DNA from: Mizuhopecten yessoensis
Lineage: Eukaryota
Length of the DNA: 64,000 bases
Assembly (NCBI RefSeq): GCF_002113885.1
Contig: NW_018407384.1
Coordinates: 692,792 to 756,791, forward strand
Direction of reading: 5' to 3'
Numbering within the stretch: position 1 is the stretch's first letter; each line of letters opens with the position of its first letter. The position numbers and the translations under genes are program-made. The notes beneath the pieces are model-generated. The model was not told the DNA's origin, did not search any database, and worked only from the letters and a program-made list of their open reading frames with translations. Shown one piece after another: positions 52,580 to 64,000 of the stretch.

Positions 52580-53430
52580 TAGTATCTCTCTACAGAATTA
52601 CATTTACACGTATCTACCTTTACAGAATTACATATACACGTATCTACCTTTACATAATTACATTTACACGTATCAACCTTTACAGAATTACATATACACG
52701 TATTTACCTTTACATAATTACATATACACGTATCTAGCTTTACATAATTACATATACACGTTTCTACCTTTACATAATTACATTTACACGTATCAACCTT
52801 TACATAATTACAAATACACGTTTCTACCTTTACATAATTACATATACACGGTTCTACCTTTACAGACTTACCTATACACGTATCTAGCTTTACATAATAC
52901 CATATACACGTATCTAGCTTTATAGAATTACATATACACGTATCTACCTTTAGAGAATTACATAAATACTCTATTAGTATATGTGTGATGGATATACACG
53001 TTTCTACCTTTACAGACTTACCTATACACGTATCTACCTTTACAGAATTACATATATACGTATCTACCTTTAGAGAATTACATATTCACGTATCGACCTT
53101 TATATAATTGCATATACACGTTTCTACCTTTACATAATTTCATTTACACGTATCTACCGTTAGATAATTACATATACACGTATCTACGTTTACTTAATTA
53201 CATATACACGTATCTACCTTTACATAATTACATTTACACGTATCAACCTTTACAGAATTACATATACACGTATTTACCTTTACATAATTACATATACACG
53301 TATCTAGCTTTACATAATTACATATACACGTTTCTACCTTTACATAATTACATATACACGTTTCTACCTTTACAGACTTACCTATACACGTATCTACCTT
53401 TACAGAATTACATATACACATATCTTACTT
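52580..53430. repeat. 30-bp minisatellite (CATATACACGTATCTACCTTTACATAATTA) in an intron of D
   Basis: Direct tandem repeat; absent from the equivalent intron of B. Confidence 0.95.
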
Positions 53431-53494
53431 TTCACATTTTACAAATATCGACTATTTAATAATATGCAAGAATTAACCTTCAAACGTGTGACTG

Positions 53495-53890
53495 TAATCG
53501 AGTACCGACCTAAACCAGAATACTTGTACTGAGTGATCAACACATCTTTTACCGACCTTTCCGTAATAGTCATAGTTTCGATTTTTTTTATCTTTTAATA
53601 ACCAACGAGCACCAACCTTATTTTATATACAAGTATCGACGTTTATATAGATATATTTACCAACTTTGATTTAAAACCTAGTAATGACCTTGCATTTAAT
53701 TCAAGTACCTACCTTGATTTACAGGAGTACCGATTTCGTTTATTTACGAATGCAAACAATGTTTACATACACGTTCCGATCTTGTTTTATATACGAGTAC
53801 GGGCCTTGTTTTATATACGAGTATGGACCTTGTTTAGCATACGAGTACAGACTCATATTTTACATGTGAGTACAGACCTTGTTTTTCCTT
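53495..53890. repeat. ~24-bp degenerate array derived from the 84-nt exon donor junction of D
   Basis: TACGAGTACCGACCTTGTTTT-like units run contiguous with the real junction at 53878; a shorter homologous array lies at 32470-32672 in B. Confidence 0.8.
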
Positions 53891-54004
53891 TGGCGTTAGA
53901 CTCGACATAGTTCCACGAATCATAGGAAATATCATGGTCTTAGCAAAGCTCACAACAGGAACTAAAATAAAATGAGAACTGAAGAATAAATAAAGCTTCG
54001 ATTA

Positions 54005-54336
54005 CTCTATAGTTCGTAATTTTAGAGGGGATTTAATTTCGCTATATTTGCGGTCACCAAAGATAGCGCGAACTGAATTACCCAGCGAATATTAATATCT
54101 TGAATCTATAGAGATAAAAAACAAATACCTGTTTACCATTTTACTATCTAATATCTAATAATAGAGATAGACAACAATGCAGTATGCTATAAACGTCATT
54201 TTGAAATAAATAGATAAATAAATCCCATCACCCGAATACGAAAGTGCCCCATTGAGTGCAATATCTAAACCTGGCAATATCGCGAAACGTATTCCCTGCA
54301 AACTAGTTATGATCTAGACAACTACGAAATAAACAG
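54005..54336. mobile_element. MITE with TA target duplication in an intron of D
   Basis: ta|CTCTATAGTTCGTA ... TACGAAATAAACAG|ta; flanks align with the B intron (~32770-32850), which lacks it. Confidence 0.7.
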
Positions 54337-57299
54337 TAATTCGTAAATTTAAACTGTGAATGATATATCAGATACCCCGGAAAATTATAAATAATCCCTT
54401 AAGTTATGAAGGAATGAAACGCCCTTTTAGGCATTTTTTTTTTTTTTTTTAAATATTGGCAAGCTAAATATAATATTGTACCAGAAGACCATTTCGTGCA
54501 ATTATGACTCATCATAGAACAACAAAGATATAATTTTTGAAAAAAAAACAATGAAAACTTTTCGAGGTTTTATCGTGAACAACCAACCGGTCTTTTATTC
54601 AATACGCTCTCAAATATGATGCTTTGTTTGTTGGGTATAATGAACATCAACACAGTTATATTAAAACTGTTTAGAAAGTTGACACAGGTTACTGCAGATG
54701 TTGGGAGTGACACAAAGATTAAGAAAAAATTATGCACCACTCAATCAAATGTTCTTTATAATAAAGTATCTTCAGATACGTCGAGGCTAGATACAATTTA
54801 GCAACAGGTTTAGAATGTATACCACTTTTGTCACGACTCTCTGTTGTAATATCTTAATTATTCAAGTCAGACAAAATCTAGCGCTTAAATAAACAAACCT
54901 TCGGCACGGACATTATATTATAGTATTGGCGGAATATGTCAGTTATCTTTGAAAGATATTCTATGAAACAAAGGGTATGCTACCGAGTATAATTGTCACA
55001 TACTTACCAAAGTATAACATAATGGTATTATAAGCAAATGCCTCCAGAACAAATCCAGTAAAATGGGACAGGTTTGCGATGACAACTATGAGAGACTCAT
55101 CCAAACACAGCCGTAGTGGACGGAAGAGCAGCATCCCGATAACTAAAGGTATCCCACTGCGCAGAGTAATGAAACCACCCACTTGTACTGAGCTCATGCA
55201 AAAAGGTGAATTTAATACATACAAAGTTTCTATTCCGTTGCCACCGAACACCGCCAGCATGGTAAAGAAATACATAAGCATGCACACCAGAAATATCTTC
55301 CGTTTTCCATTAAGGGCGGCATCTCTGAAATAAAACACAAAAATATCAACAGCAAGTTGAGTTGCGGATTTTCTTTGTTGATCTTTTGTCTTGTTTAACG
55401 TTTCGGGTACGAAAACCAATAACAGGAATGGAAGGACCAAAACAACAGGAACTGATCAGCAAAGCGGACATGAAACCTTCTGCTTCAATGATGAAACCGG
55501 AAGTAAAACTTCCAATAACTATGCCTAATCCCAACGATAACTCGGTCATGGCTATTACAAACATCCGGGTCTTTCCGGGTACGGTCACGTCAGCCACTAT
55601 TGACATAACAATAGATATTGCTAAACCCCAACTTCCTCCACATCCGTCAATGAAGAAGAAAATAATAAATATGTAAATGTTCCAGTTCAGGTATATACCT
55701 ACTGAAGTCAAAACACAGTTAAGCATGTTTCCTATGACAGGTACAAAGAGAAAGATTTTTCTACCATATTTATCACTTAGTGAACCGTAAAAGAAAATAC
55801 CAAATATCCCTTTTGCCAACTCTGCGTAAATGTTGAACTGGGAGGTCATCTTTTGTACATTCTGCTGGTCATGATACAGCCGTGACGTTGTGTTAAGCTG
55901 ACATCCCGACTCGTTAGTACTAAAACTGACATTAGGGTAGTAGGCCTTGTGAATATACGCATACACGTACTGTACAATGACAAGGTGGGCAAGAACAAAA
56001 CTGTAAGTAAGTGATAACATTGCAAACAAGAGAATAAGAAATCAGTTTTTTCCCGCTTTTTATTTCAGTCACAGTTTGATCTTTAGTAGAGGGACATATT
56101 GCCTCTTAGGTCACTGCTGATAAAGGTTCCTTACTCTCCAAAGTCTGCAACGAATATGACTGACTTCGAGATATCGTACCAACATTGGCCTGAAAGATAA
56201 ATTGACCTACTTCAGTTAACAAGCTTACAGTGTATGAAATAGAATAAAGATATTGACACTAACAACTGATTAATATTGTTTGTACTGATTGTTATGCCTG
56301 TGACGTTGTGATTAATTAGCTGATCAGTACGTTGTGATTAGCTAAGCATTTGTGACACTGTAATTGTGATTAGCTTACTGATTGTGACGTTGTGATTGTG
56401 AATTTGGTGACTGATTGTTACATTGGGATTAGGTGACTGATTGTTACGTTGTAATTTTGCATAACTACGGCTGATAAAGCTCTGATTAGCTAACTTGACG
56501 TTTTGATTGTCTGATAAAGACGCCTATGTGTCAACTTGTGCATAGCCTTAATGAAACTGCATCTCTTTAGACCTTACGTTGTAACTTTGTCCTTGAATAA
56601 TGAATAAACTGCTACATGAAAACACCGTACGTTTGTAAAGTAGGGATGTTACTCTCCAGAAAACGAAAGTTATTGATCTAAAAATCAAAATCGTCACGCT
56701 TATAGTACAGTTAAGTAGTAAGCCGTCCTTGTCTTCATGTTGTTAGACAAGATCAAAGTGAAATTGAAGAAATTTGCAAGGTTTGTATCACAAGCATATC
56801 AACAAAGTCGTCCTCTGAAAATAATATTCAGCAAGGAGAAAGGGCGTAAGTAATTCCCATAGAAAAAGCTTAGTCTGGAAAAACTGGCTACGCAACGTAA
56901 AAATATTGTAGACAAGGAACTCGGTCAGTCTCATGATTCCATCCCACTGTAAGTATATTTACCCCGGCCCTTTCGTGATTTGATCAAATATGTCCCCAAA
57001 TAGTTTACAACTCAATTTACATATCGCCGTACACTTGTTTTTGGAACGAGGGCATTCTTTCAGTGCAGTATTTCTGTTTTTAGGAGAGAATGCTCGAGAC
57101 TGATAAAAAAGATCTTTCGAGTTCTTCAAAATCTACAACAATCACGAAAGGAGAGAACCGCCAGGTGCATCCTTTTCCCGTAAAACATCCTGAGCAGCAT
57201 TTGTTGTTAAATTTGTTAATTATTGTTATTAGCTTTTTGTAATTACTTTAGGAAATCTGCGGTCTCCATAAGATATCTCTATACAATCAAGAGAAGAGA

Positions 57300-57485
57300 A
57301 TACACTTTCCTGGATACAAGTGGATGGTGTGTTGTTGTCAGCTGCCGAACAATACTGTGATACAGACATCACCAGACTATTGTTATCGTTATTAATTGAT
57401 TACTACGATAACCCAAATATAGAAAATGAGAGTCGTTACTTCATTATTGTAAACGAGAGAGCCGCAAGGAGCAGCATACCCCCTG
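57300..57485 (-). promoter_or_regulatory. Paralogous first-exon/promoter block of D with mutated donor
   Basis: Aligns with 36121-36330; the donor reads CAG|GAAAGT instead of GTAAGT. Confidence 0.55.
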
Positions 57486-58695
57486 GAAAACGTTCTGAGC
57501 GATATGTGTTGTGGATCTGTCTAAGATTTTTTTTTTTATTAGCAAGGGTTGCGCAATCAGATATTTAATTTCATTCGTACCTCAAAGTTAATTTCTTGAC
57601 TTTTATTTTTTACCTACATTGACTTTGACATTTGACATACCACACGCAAAATGAATAGGGTTATACATCACTTCTAGAACAAGCCGAAAAAGACCTATGT
57701 GAAATCATTTATGGTGTTCGGATGAGACAAAGTTTTGTTTTAAACAAAATCGACCATGTCCTTTAAATGACTATGCCCAGAATCAGTGGTGTCTTTCCTC
57801 GTCCTTAAATTGCGGTTAAAGATATGGACAAGAAAATTGTGTTTCGAATAAGTAACTGGATTCTTACCTCTTCCTAGAACAACTCACAAACTACGTTTGA
57901 ACATGAGGCGATAACTCATTCTAGGATAAAATGCGGAGAAGAAACAATTCTATATTTAGTTACAGTGATCTCGATCAAAATCAAATGGGTTCGTTATCTT
58001 GCTTTGGGCAACTCACACGCTAAGCTAGACCTGTGTGCAATTATTTACTTTAAAATTAGCACCAGGAAAGTTTATTCAGTTTATGAAATCCCATTTTAAA
58101 TAGCAGTGACATTTACCTTTGTACATTCCTTTGTTCTGAAGCAAGGGTTTGGAATAGTTTGATTTTACAGCTTCCTTGACCTTTGACGAATCACAAATCC
58201 ACACAAATCTTCCTGTTACCCTGAGTAACCCATGAAAATTGAGATTAGTGCAATTATTTGTTATGAAGTAAGCATCCGGAATAGAAATTTAAAGAGACAG
58301 GCAGACGAATCGGACGAACGGAGAGATCATTTTTACGTTTCATCCTCAGCATTAGATGTTTGAAGAGTAGCGCTCGTCAAAGCTAAGCTAAACTCTAAAC
58401 CACTTTATTACCGTGATTAGATTGCTCTGTCTATATCAAACAAGACATTCATTGTTTACGTTGTGACATATATTGTCCGTGATTATTGACACTGTTTTAA
58501 TAATTTTGTTGTTGATGCATTTGTAGAGTTTGGCTTTACGTCTTTATGTTTTTGGTAATGTTTTTCCTCGTGCGTTGACATTGTGGTATATTTTGTCCTT
58601 TTTCGTTAAAGCTGTGGTAAGTTTTATCCTTGTATGGTCACACTATTGTATATATTTTTCTTTGTTACACTTTATTCACATATAGAAAACCGGTA

Positions 58696-58918
58696 CTGTG
58701 AAATCACTAATATTTTTGCGTTGGGTTCTTGATTCCATTGATTTCTTGGGTAATCTTCATTGACGAATTCAAAGGTCAAAGAAGCAATTACAAGTTCGAC
58801 AAAAAGTCAGCATCCGATTGAGTAGGTACTCGCAATCCACGAATTCATGTAACCACGAAATGGTTTTTTGGCTTCAAACCACGAAATGTGGGCCCCACGA
58901 AAATATTTTATTTCACAA
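58696..58918. mobile_element. MITE with TA target duplication
   Basis: ta|CTGTGAAAT ... ATTTCACAA|ta; internal CCACGAA repeats. Confidence 0.7.
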
Positions 58919-59469
58919 TATATGAATAATGTAAAAAGATTCAGCATGGGTACGAAAGACTTCAATTAAGATTCATTTGTAAAACAAACCTAGTTGATAC
59001 GATACATTTTTTTTATACAAATAATATAAATTCAATTTTAAAATATTTATGAAACAAGTTTTTCCATTACATATTGATCACTCTTTCTATGTTCATAATC
59101 TTTTCATAGATAGGGAACCATTGTTTTCTTTTTTGAAAATATTTTATCTGGTTTATGGTGTTCTATAAAATAACACAAAAATATCGGCCCTCTTATGTCA
59201 CAAAACAAACAACAGTCTGGTCAAGCGTCCGGCTTTGTTATGTTGCATATATACCTTAAATATCCTGGTCAAAACATAAGTATACCATAAAATGCAATGG
59301 TTGTATGCTACCAATATTGTATTTAAAGACATTTACATACTAAAGTTTGTCCTAACAGAAATTCGACTATAGAACATTAACTTAAAAAATACTTCGTGAC
59401 ATAAAGAGCATCCTTAAGAATCCATGTTTAACCAGAACTGAAACTCGGAAACCATGAGAGGTGCCATTT

Positions 59470-59910
59470 TCTACATTTAGCACAGCCAATGCTGTGGTAG
59501 AATATCAGTGAAGATCTTTCTATTTTTGATAACTATAAATGGTAAAACAAACGATTTAAATAATGATCATATAATACAATCGCTGGCTGATGAAACATCG
59601 CAATTAACCTTGATCGATACAAATAATAGGATCATTGCTGCTGTACAGTTTAATGAAGACCTAGACAATACCACTGCACGCAGTGTATGATTTAACTCTA
59701 TAAAACACGTACATTACGTTATCATTTTGAGAAAAAGAAATGGTATATACAGTCACTTCAGTTTGCTAACAAAGATTATGCTATTTTCGACTCACATAAA
59801 CACCTAACTGATGATGGCATATTGAACAAACATATCTGAAATTATATCTAGGAAGGCATACAAACGATTAAATACTTTCAAATTCCTTAAATATAAAATT
59901 GATAGAACAA
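59470..59910 (+). mobile_element. Ancient LINE RT remnant (paralog at ~39700-40110)
   Basis: NDL...SLADETS...QFNEDLDN here and MKLLADDTT at ~39799; TTAGCACAGCCAATGCTG is shared by both. Confidence 0.55.
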
Positions 59911-60239
59911 TCCCATATAACTTAATGCTACACTGAGAAATTTCAACCCAAATCTCCTATATAGGCACTTCGTTAAATTCATAACGTCCTAGATACTAAC
60001 TTGTAGCTGTACTAAATGACTGATACCTTGTACATGTGAAAGATATTATCGATTGAGTAAACGTTAGTACTGATAATGCGATTGGTTTGTTTTAACGATA
60101 CAGTTGTTATCTAATTAAACTATGTGGTACGTGTCTGCTAATGAACTCACGACTAACACTAGATTGAGTACAGATAAACTCACGACTAACACTACGTAGA
60201 TAAACACATAGTAAACTGGGTCAAAACTGGACCTCATAG

Positions 60240-63212
60240 TATATTCCCTTTACATGTAGCTACACTGGTTCAGTGTTTAACTCCAACTACATTCCCTATA
60301 CATGAAGCAACCCTGGATCAGTATTAAACTCCAATTACATTCAATATACAGGTGGCTATCCTGGATCAGTGTTAAACTCCAATTACATTCCCTATGCAGG
60401 TGGCTACACCGGATCAGTGTTAAACTCCAATTACATTCCCTATACAGATGGCTACACTGGATCAGTGTTTAACTCCAATTACATTCCATATACAGGTAGC
60501 TACACTGGATCAGTGTTAAACTCCAATTACATTCCCTATACAGATGGCTACACTGGATCAGTGTTTAACTCCAATTACATTCCCTATACAGGTGGCTACA
60601 CTGGATCGGTGTTAAACTCCAATTAATTCCATATACAGGTAGCTACACTGGATCAGTGTTAAACTCCAATTACATTCCCTATACAGATGGCTACACTGGA
60701 TCAGTGTTTAACTCCAATTACATTCCATATACAGGTAGCTACACTGGATCAGTGTTTAACTCCAATTACATTCCCTATACAGGTGACTACACTGGATCGG
60801 TGTTTAACTCCAATTAATTCCATATACAGGTAGCTACACTGAATCAGTATTAAACTTCAATTAATTCCCTATACAGGTAGCTACACTGGATCAGTGTTAA
60901 ACTCCAATTAATTCCCTATACAGGTAGCTACACTGGATCGGTGTTTAACTCCAATTACATTCCCTATACAGGTGGCTACACTGGATTGGTGTTAAACTCA
61001 AATTACATTCCCTTTACATGTAGCTACACTGGATCAGTGTTTAACTCCAATTACATTCCCTATACAGGTAGCTACATTGGATCAGTGTTTAACTCCAATT
61101 AATTCCATATACAGGTAGGTACACTGAATCAGTGTTTAACTCCAATTAATTCGCTATACAGGTAGCTACACTGGATCAGTGTTTAACTTCAATTACATTC
61201 CCTATACAGGTGGCTACACTGGATTGGTGTTAAACTCAAATTACATTCCCTTTACATGTAGCTACACTGGATCAGTGTTAAACTCCAATTAATTCCATAT
61301 ACAGGTAGCTACACTGAATCAGTGTTTAACTCCAATTACATTCCCTATACAGGTGGCTACACTGGATTGGTGTTAAACTCAAATTACATTCCCTTTACAT
61401 GTAGCTACACTGGATCAGTGTTTAACTCCAATTACATTCCCTATACAGGTAGCTACATTGGATCAGTGTTTAACTCCAATTAATTCCCTATACAGGTAGC
61501 AACACTGGATCAGTGTTTAACTCCAATTAATTCCCTATACAGGTAGCTACACTGAATCAGTGTTTAACTCCAATTACATTCCCTATACAGGTAGCTACAC
61601 TGCATCAGTGTTTAACTCCAATTAATTCCATATACAGGTAGCTACACTGAATCATTATTAAACTTTAATTAATTCCCTATACAGGTAGCAACACTGGATC
61701 AGTGTTTAACTCCAGTTACATTCCCTATACAGGTAGCTACACTGCATCAGTGTTTAACTCCAATTAATTCGCTATACAGGTGGCTACACTGTATCAGTGT
61801 TAAACTCCAATTAATTCCCTATACAGGTGGCTACACTGGATCAGTGTTAAACTACAATTACATTCCCTATACAGGTGGCTACACTGGATTGGGGTTAAAC
61901 TCAAATTACATTCCCTTTACATGTAGCTACACTGGATCAGTGTTTAACTCCAGTTACATTCCCTATACAGGTAGCTACACTGAATCAGTATTAAACTCCA
62001 ATTAATTCCCTATACAGGAGGCTACACTGGATCAGTGTTAAACTACAATTACATTCCCTATCCAGGTAGCTACACTGGATCAGTGTTAAACTACAATATT
62101 CCCTATACAGATGGCTACACTGGATCAGTGTTTAACTCCAGTTACATTCCCTATACAGGTAGCTACACTGCATCAGTGTTTAACTCCAATTAATTCCCTA
62201 TACAGGTAGCAACACTGGATCAGTGTTTAACTCCAGTTACATTCCCTATACAGGTAGCTACACTGAATCAGTGTTTAACTCCAATTAATTCCATATACAG
62301 GCAGCTACACTGAATCAGTGTTTAACTACAATTAATTCGCTATACAGGTAGCTACACTGGATCCGTGTTAAACTCCAATTAATTCCCTATACAAGTGGAT
62401 ATCCTGGATCAGTGTTAAACTACAATTACATTCCCTATACAGGTAGCTACACTGCATCAGTGTTTAACTCCAATTACATTCCCTATACAGGTAGCTACAC
62501 TGAATCATTATTAAACTTTAATTAATTCCCTATACAGGTAGCAACACTGGATCAGTGTTTAACTCCAGTTACATTCCCTATACAGGTAGCTACACTGAAT
62601 CATTATTAAACTTTAATTAATTCCCTATACAGGTAGCAACACTGGATCAGTGTTTAACTCCAGTTACATTCCCTATACAGGTAGCTACACTGAATCATTA
62701 TTAAACTTTAATTAATTCCCTATACAGGTAGCTACACTGCATCAGTGTTTAACTCCAATTAATTCCATATACAGGTAGCTACACTGAATCAGTGTTTAAC
62801 TCCAATTAATTCCCTATACAGGAAGCTACACTGGATCAGTGTTAAACTACAATTACATTCCATATACAGGTAGCTACAATGGATCAGTGTTTAACTCCAA
62901 TTAATTCCATATACAGGTAGCTACACTGGTTCAGTGTGAACCTCCAATTACATTCCATATACAGGTAGCGACACTGGATCAGTGTTTAATTCCAATTACA
63001 TTCCATATACAGGAAGCTACACCGGATCAGTGTTAAACTCCAATTAATTCCCTATACAAGTGGATATCCTGGATCAGTGTTAAACTACAATTACATTCCC
63101 TATCCAGGTAGCTACACTGGATCAGTGTTAAACTACAATTACATTCCATATACAGGTAGCGACACTGGATCAGTGTTTAATTCCAATTACATTCCATATA
63201 CAGGTAGCTACA
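60240..63212. repeat. 48-bp satellite, variant 2 (CAGGTAGCTACACTGGATCAGTGTTTAACTCCAATTACATTCCCTATA), ~60 copies
   Basis: Highly homogeneous direct tandem repeat. Confidence 0.97.
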
Positions 63213-64000
63213 CAGATAAACTCACGACTAACACTACGTAGATAAACACATAGTAAACTGGGTTAAAACTGGACCTCATAGTATATCCCGTTTACATGTT
63301 AACACCAGATTGAGTACAGATAAACTCTCGACTAACACTAGATTGAGTACAGATAAACCCACGACTAACACTAGATTGAGTACAGATAAACCCACGACTA
63401 ACACTAGATTGAGCACAGATAAACTCACGACTAACACTACGTAGATAAACACATAGTAAACTGGGTTAAAACTGGACCTCATAGTATATCCCGTTTACAT
63501 GTTAACACCAGATTGAGTACAGATAAACTCACGACTTACACTAGATTGAGTACAGATAAACCCACGACTAACACTAGATTGAGAACAGATAAACTCACGA
63601 CTAACACTACGTAGATAAACACATAGTAAACTGGGTTAAAACTGGACCTCATGGTATATCCCGTTTACATGTAGCTACACTGGTTCAGCTAACACTAGAT
63701 TGAGTACAGACAAACTCACGACTAACACTAGATTGAGAACAGATAAACTCACGACTAACACTAGATTGAATACAGATAAACTCACGACTAACACTACGTA
63801 GATAAACACATAGTAAACTGGGTTAAAACTGGACCTCATGGTATATCCCGTTTACATGTAGCTACACTGGTTCAGCTAACACTAGATTGAGTACAGATAA
63901 ACTCACGACTTACACTAGATTGAGTACAGATAAACCCACGACTAACACTAGATTGAGCACAGATAAACTCACGACTAACACTACGTAGATAAACACATAG
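63213..64000. repeat. Composite tandem repeat: 33-bp units (GATTGAGTACAGATAAACTCACGACTAACACTA) alternating with a longer spacer
   Basis: Direct repeats; one copy also lies at 60145-60270. Confidence 0.92.

Larger units (their letters stand above)
51914..56174 (-). pseudogene. SLC46A: SLC46A-family pseudogene D (close paralog of gene B); exons 56174-55008, 53961-53878, 52444-52288, 51964-51914
   Basis: Relative to B: ATG>ATA at 56174, in-frame TAA at 56108-56106, frameshift near 56042, 9-nt deletion near 55810, +1 frameshift near 55440, 8-bp duplication TATATCGG in the last exon. Confidence 0.88.

Overview
AT-rich eukaryotic (invertebrate, probably bivalve mollusc; inferred from repeat types) genomic DNA with two N-gaps. 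It contains a minus-strand tandem cluster of four SLC46A-family (PCFT/SLC46A3-like) MFS transporter genes, all with the same 4-coding-exon layout (large exon, 84 nt, 157 nt, short last exon). Three are intact when spliced by hand: A 17979-12738 (501 aa), B 34671-31805 (480 aa) and C 47271-44060 (514 aa). D (56174-51914) is a pseudogene copy of B inside an ~11-12 kb segmental duplication. A fifth candidate gene, absent from the ORF track as a spliced unit, may encode a secreted protein (exons 10743-10695, 3180-3030, possibly 2714-2688). The rest is decayed LINEs, MITEs, SINE fragments and many minisatellites. The most unusual signal is that several intronic minisatellites are built from copies of their own gene's exon-end/5' splice donor junction. 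This occurs at four loci with three different unit sequences, implying at least three independent origins.
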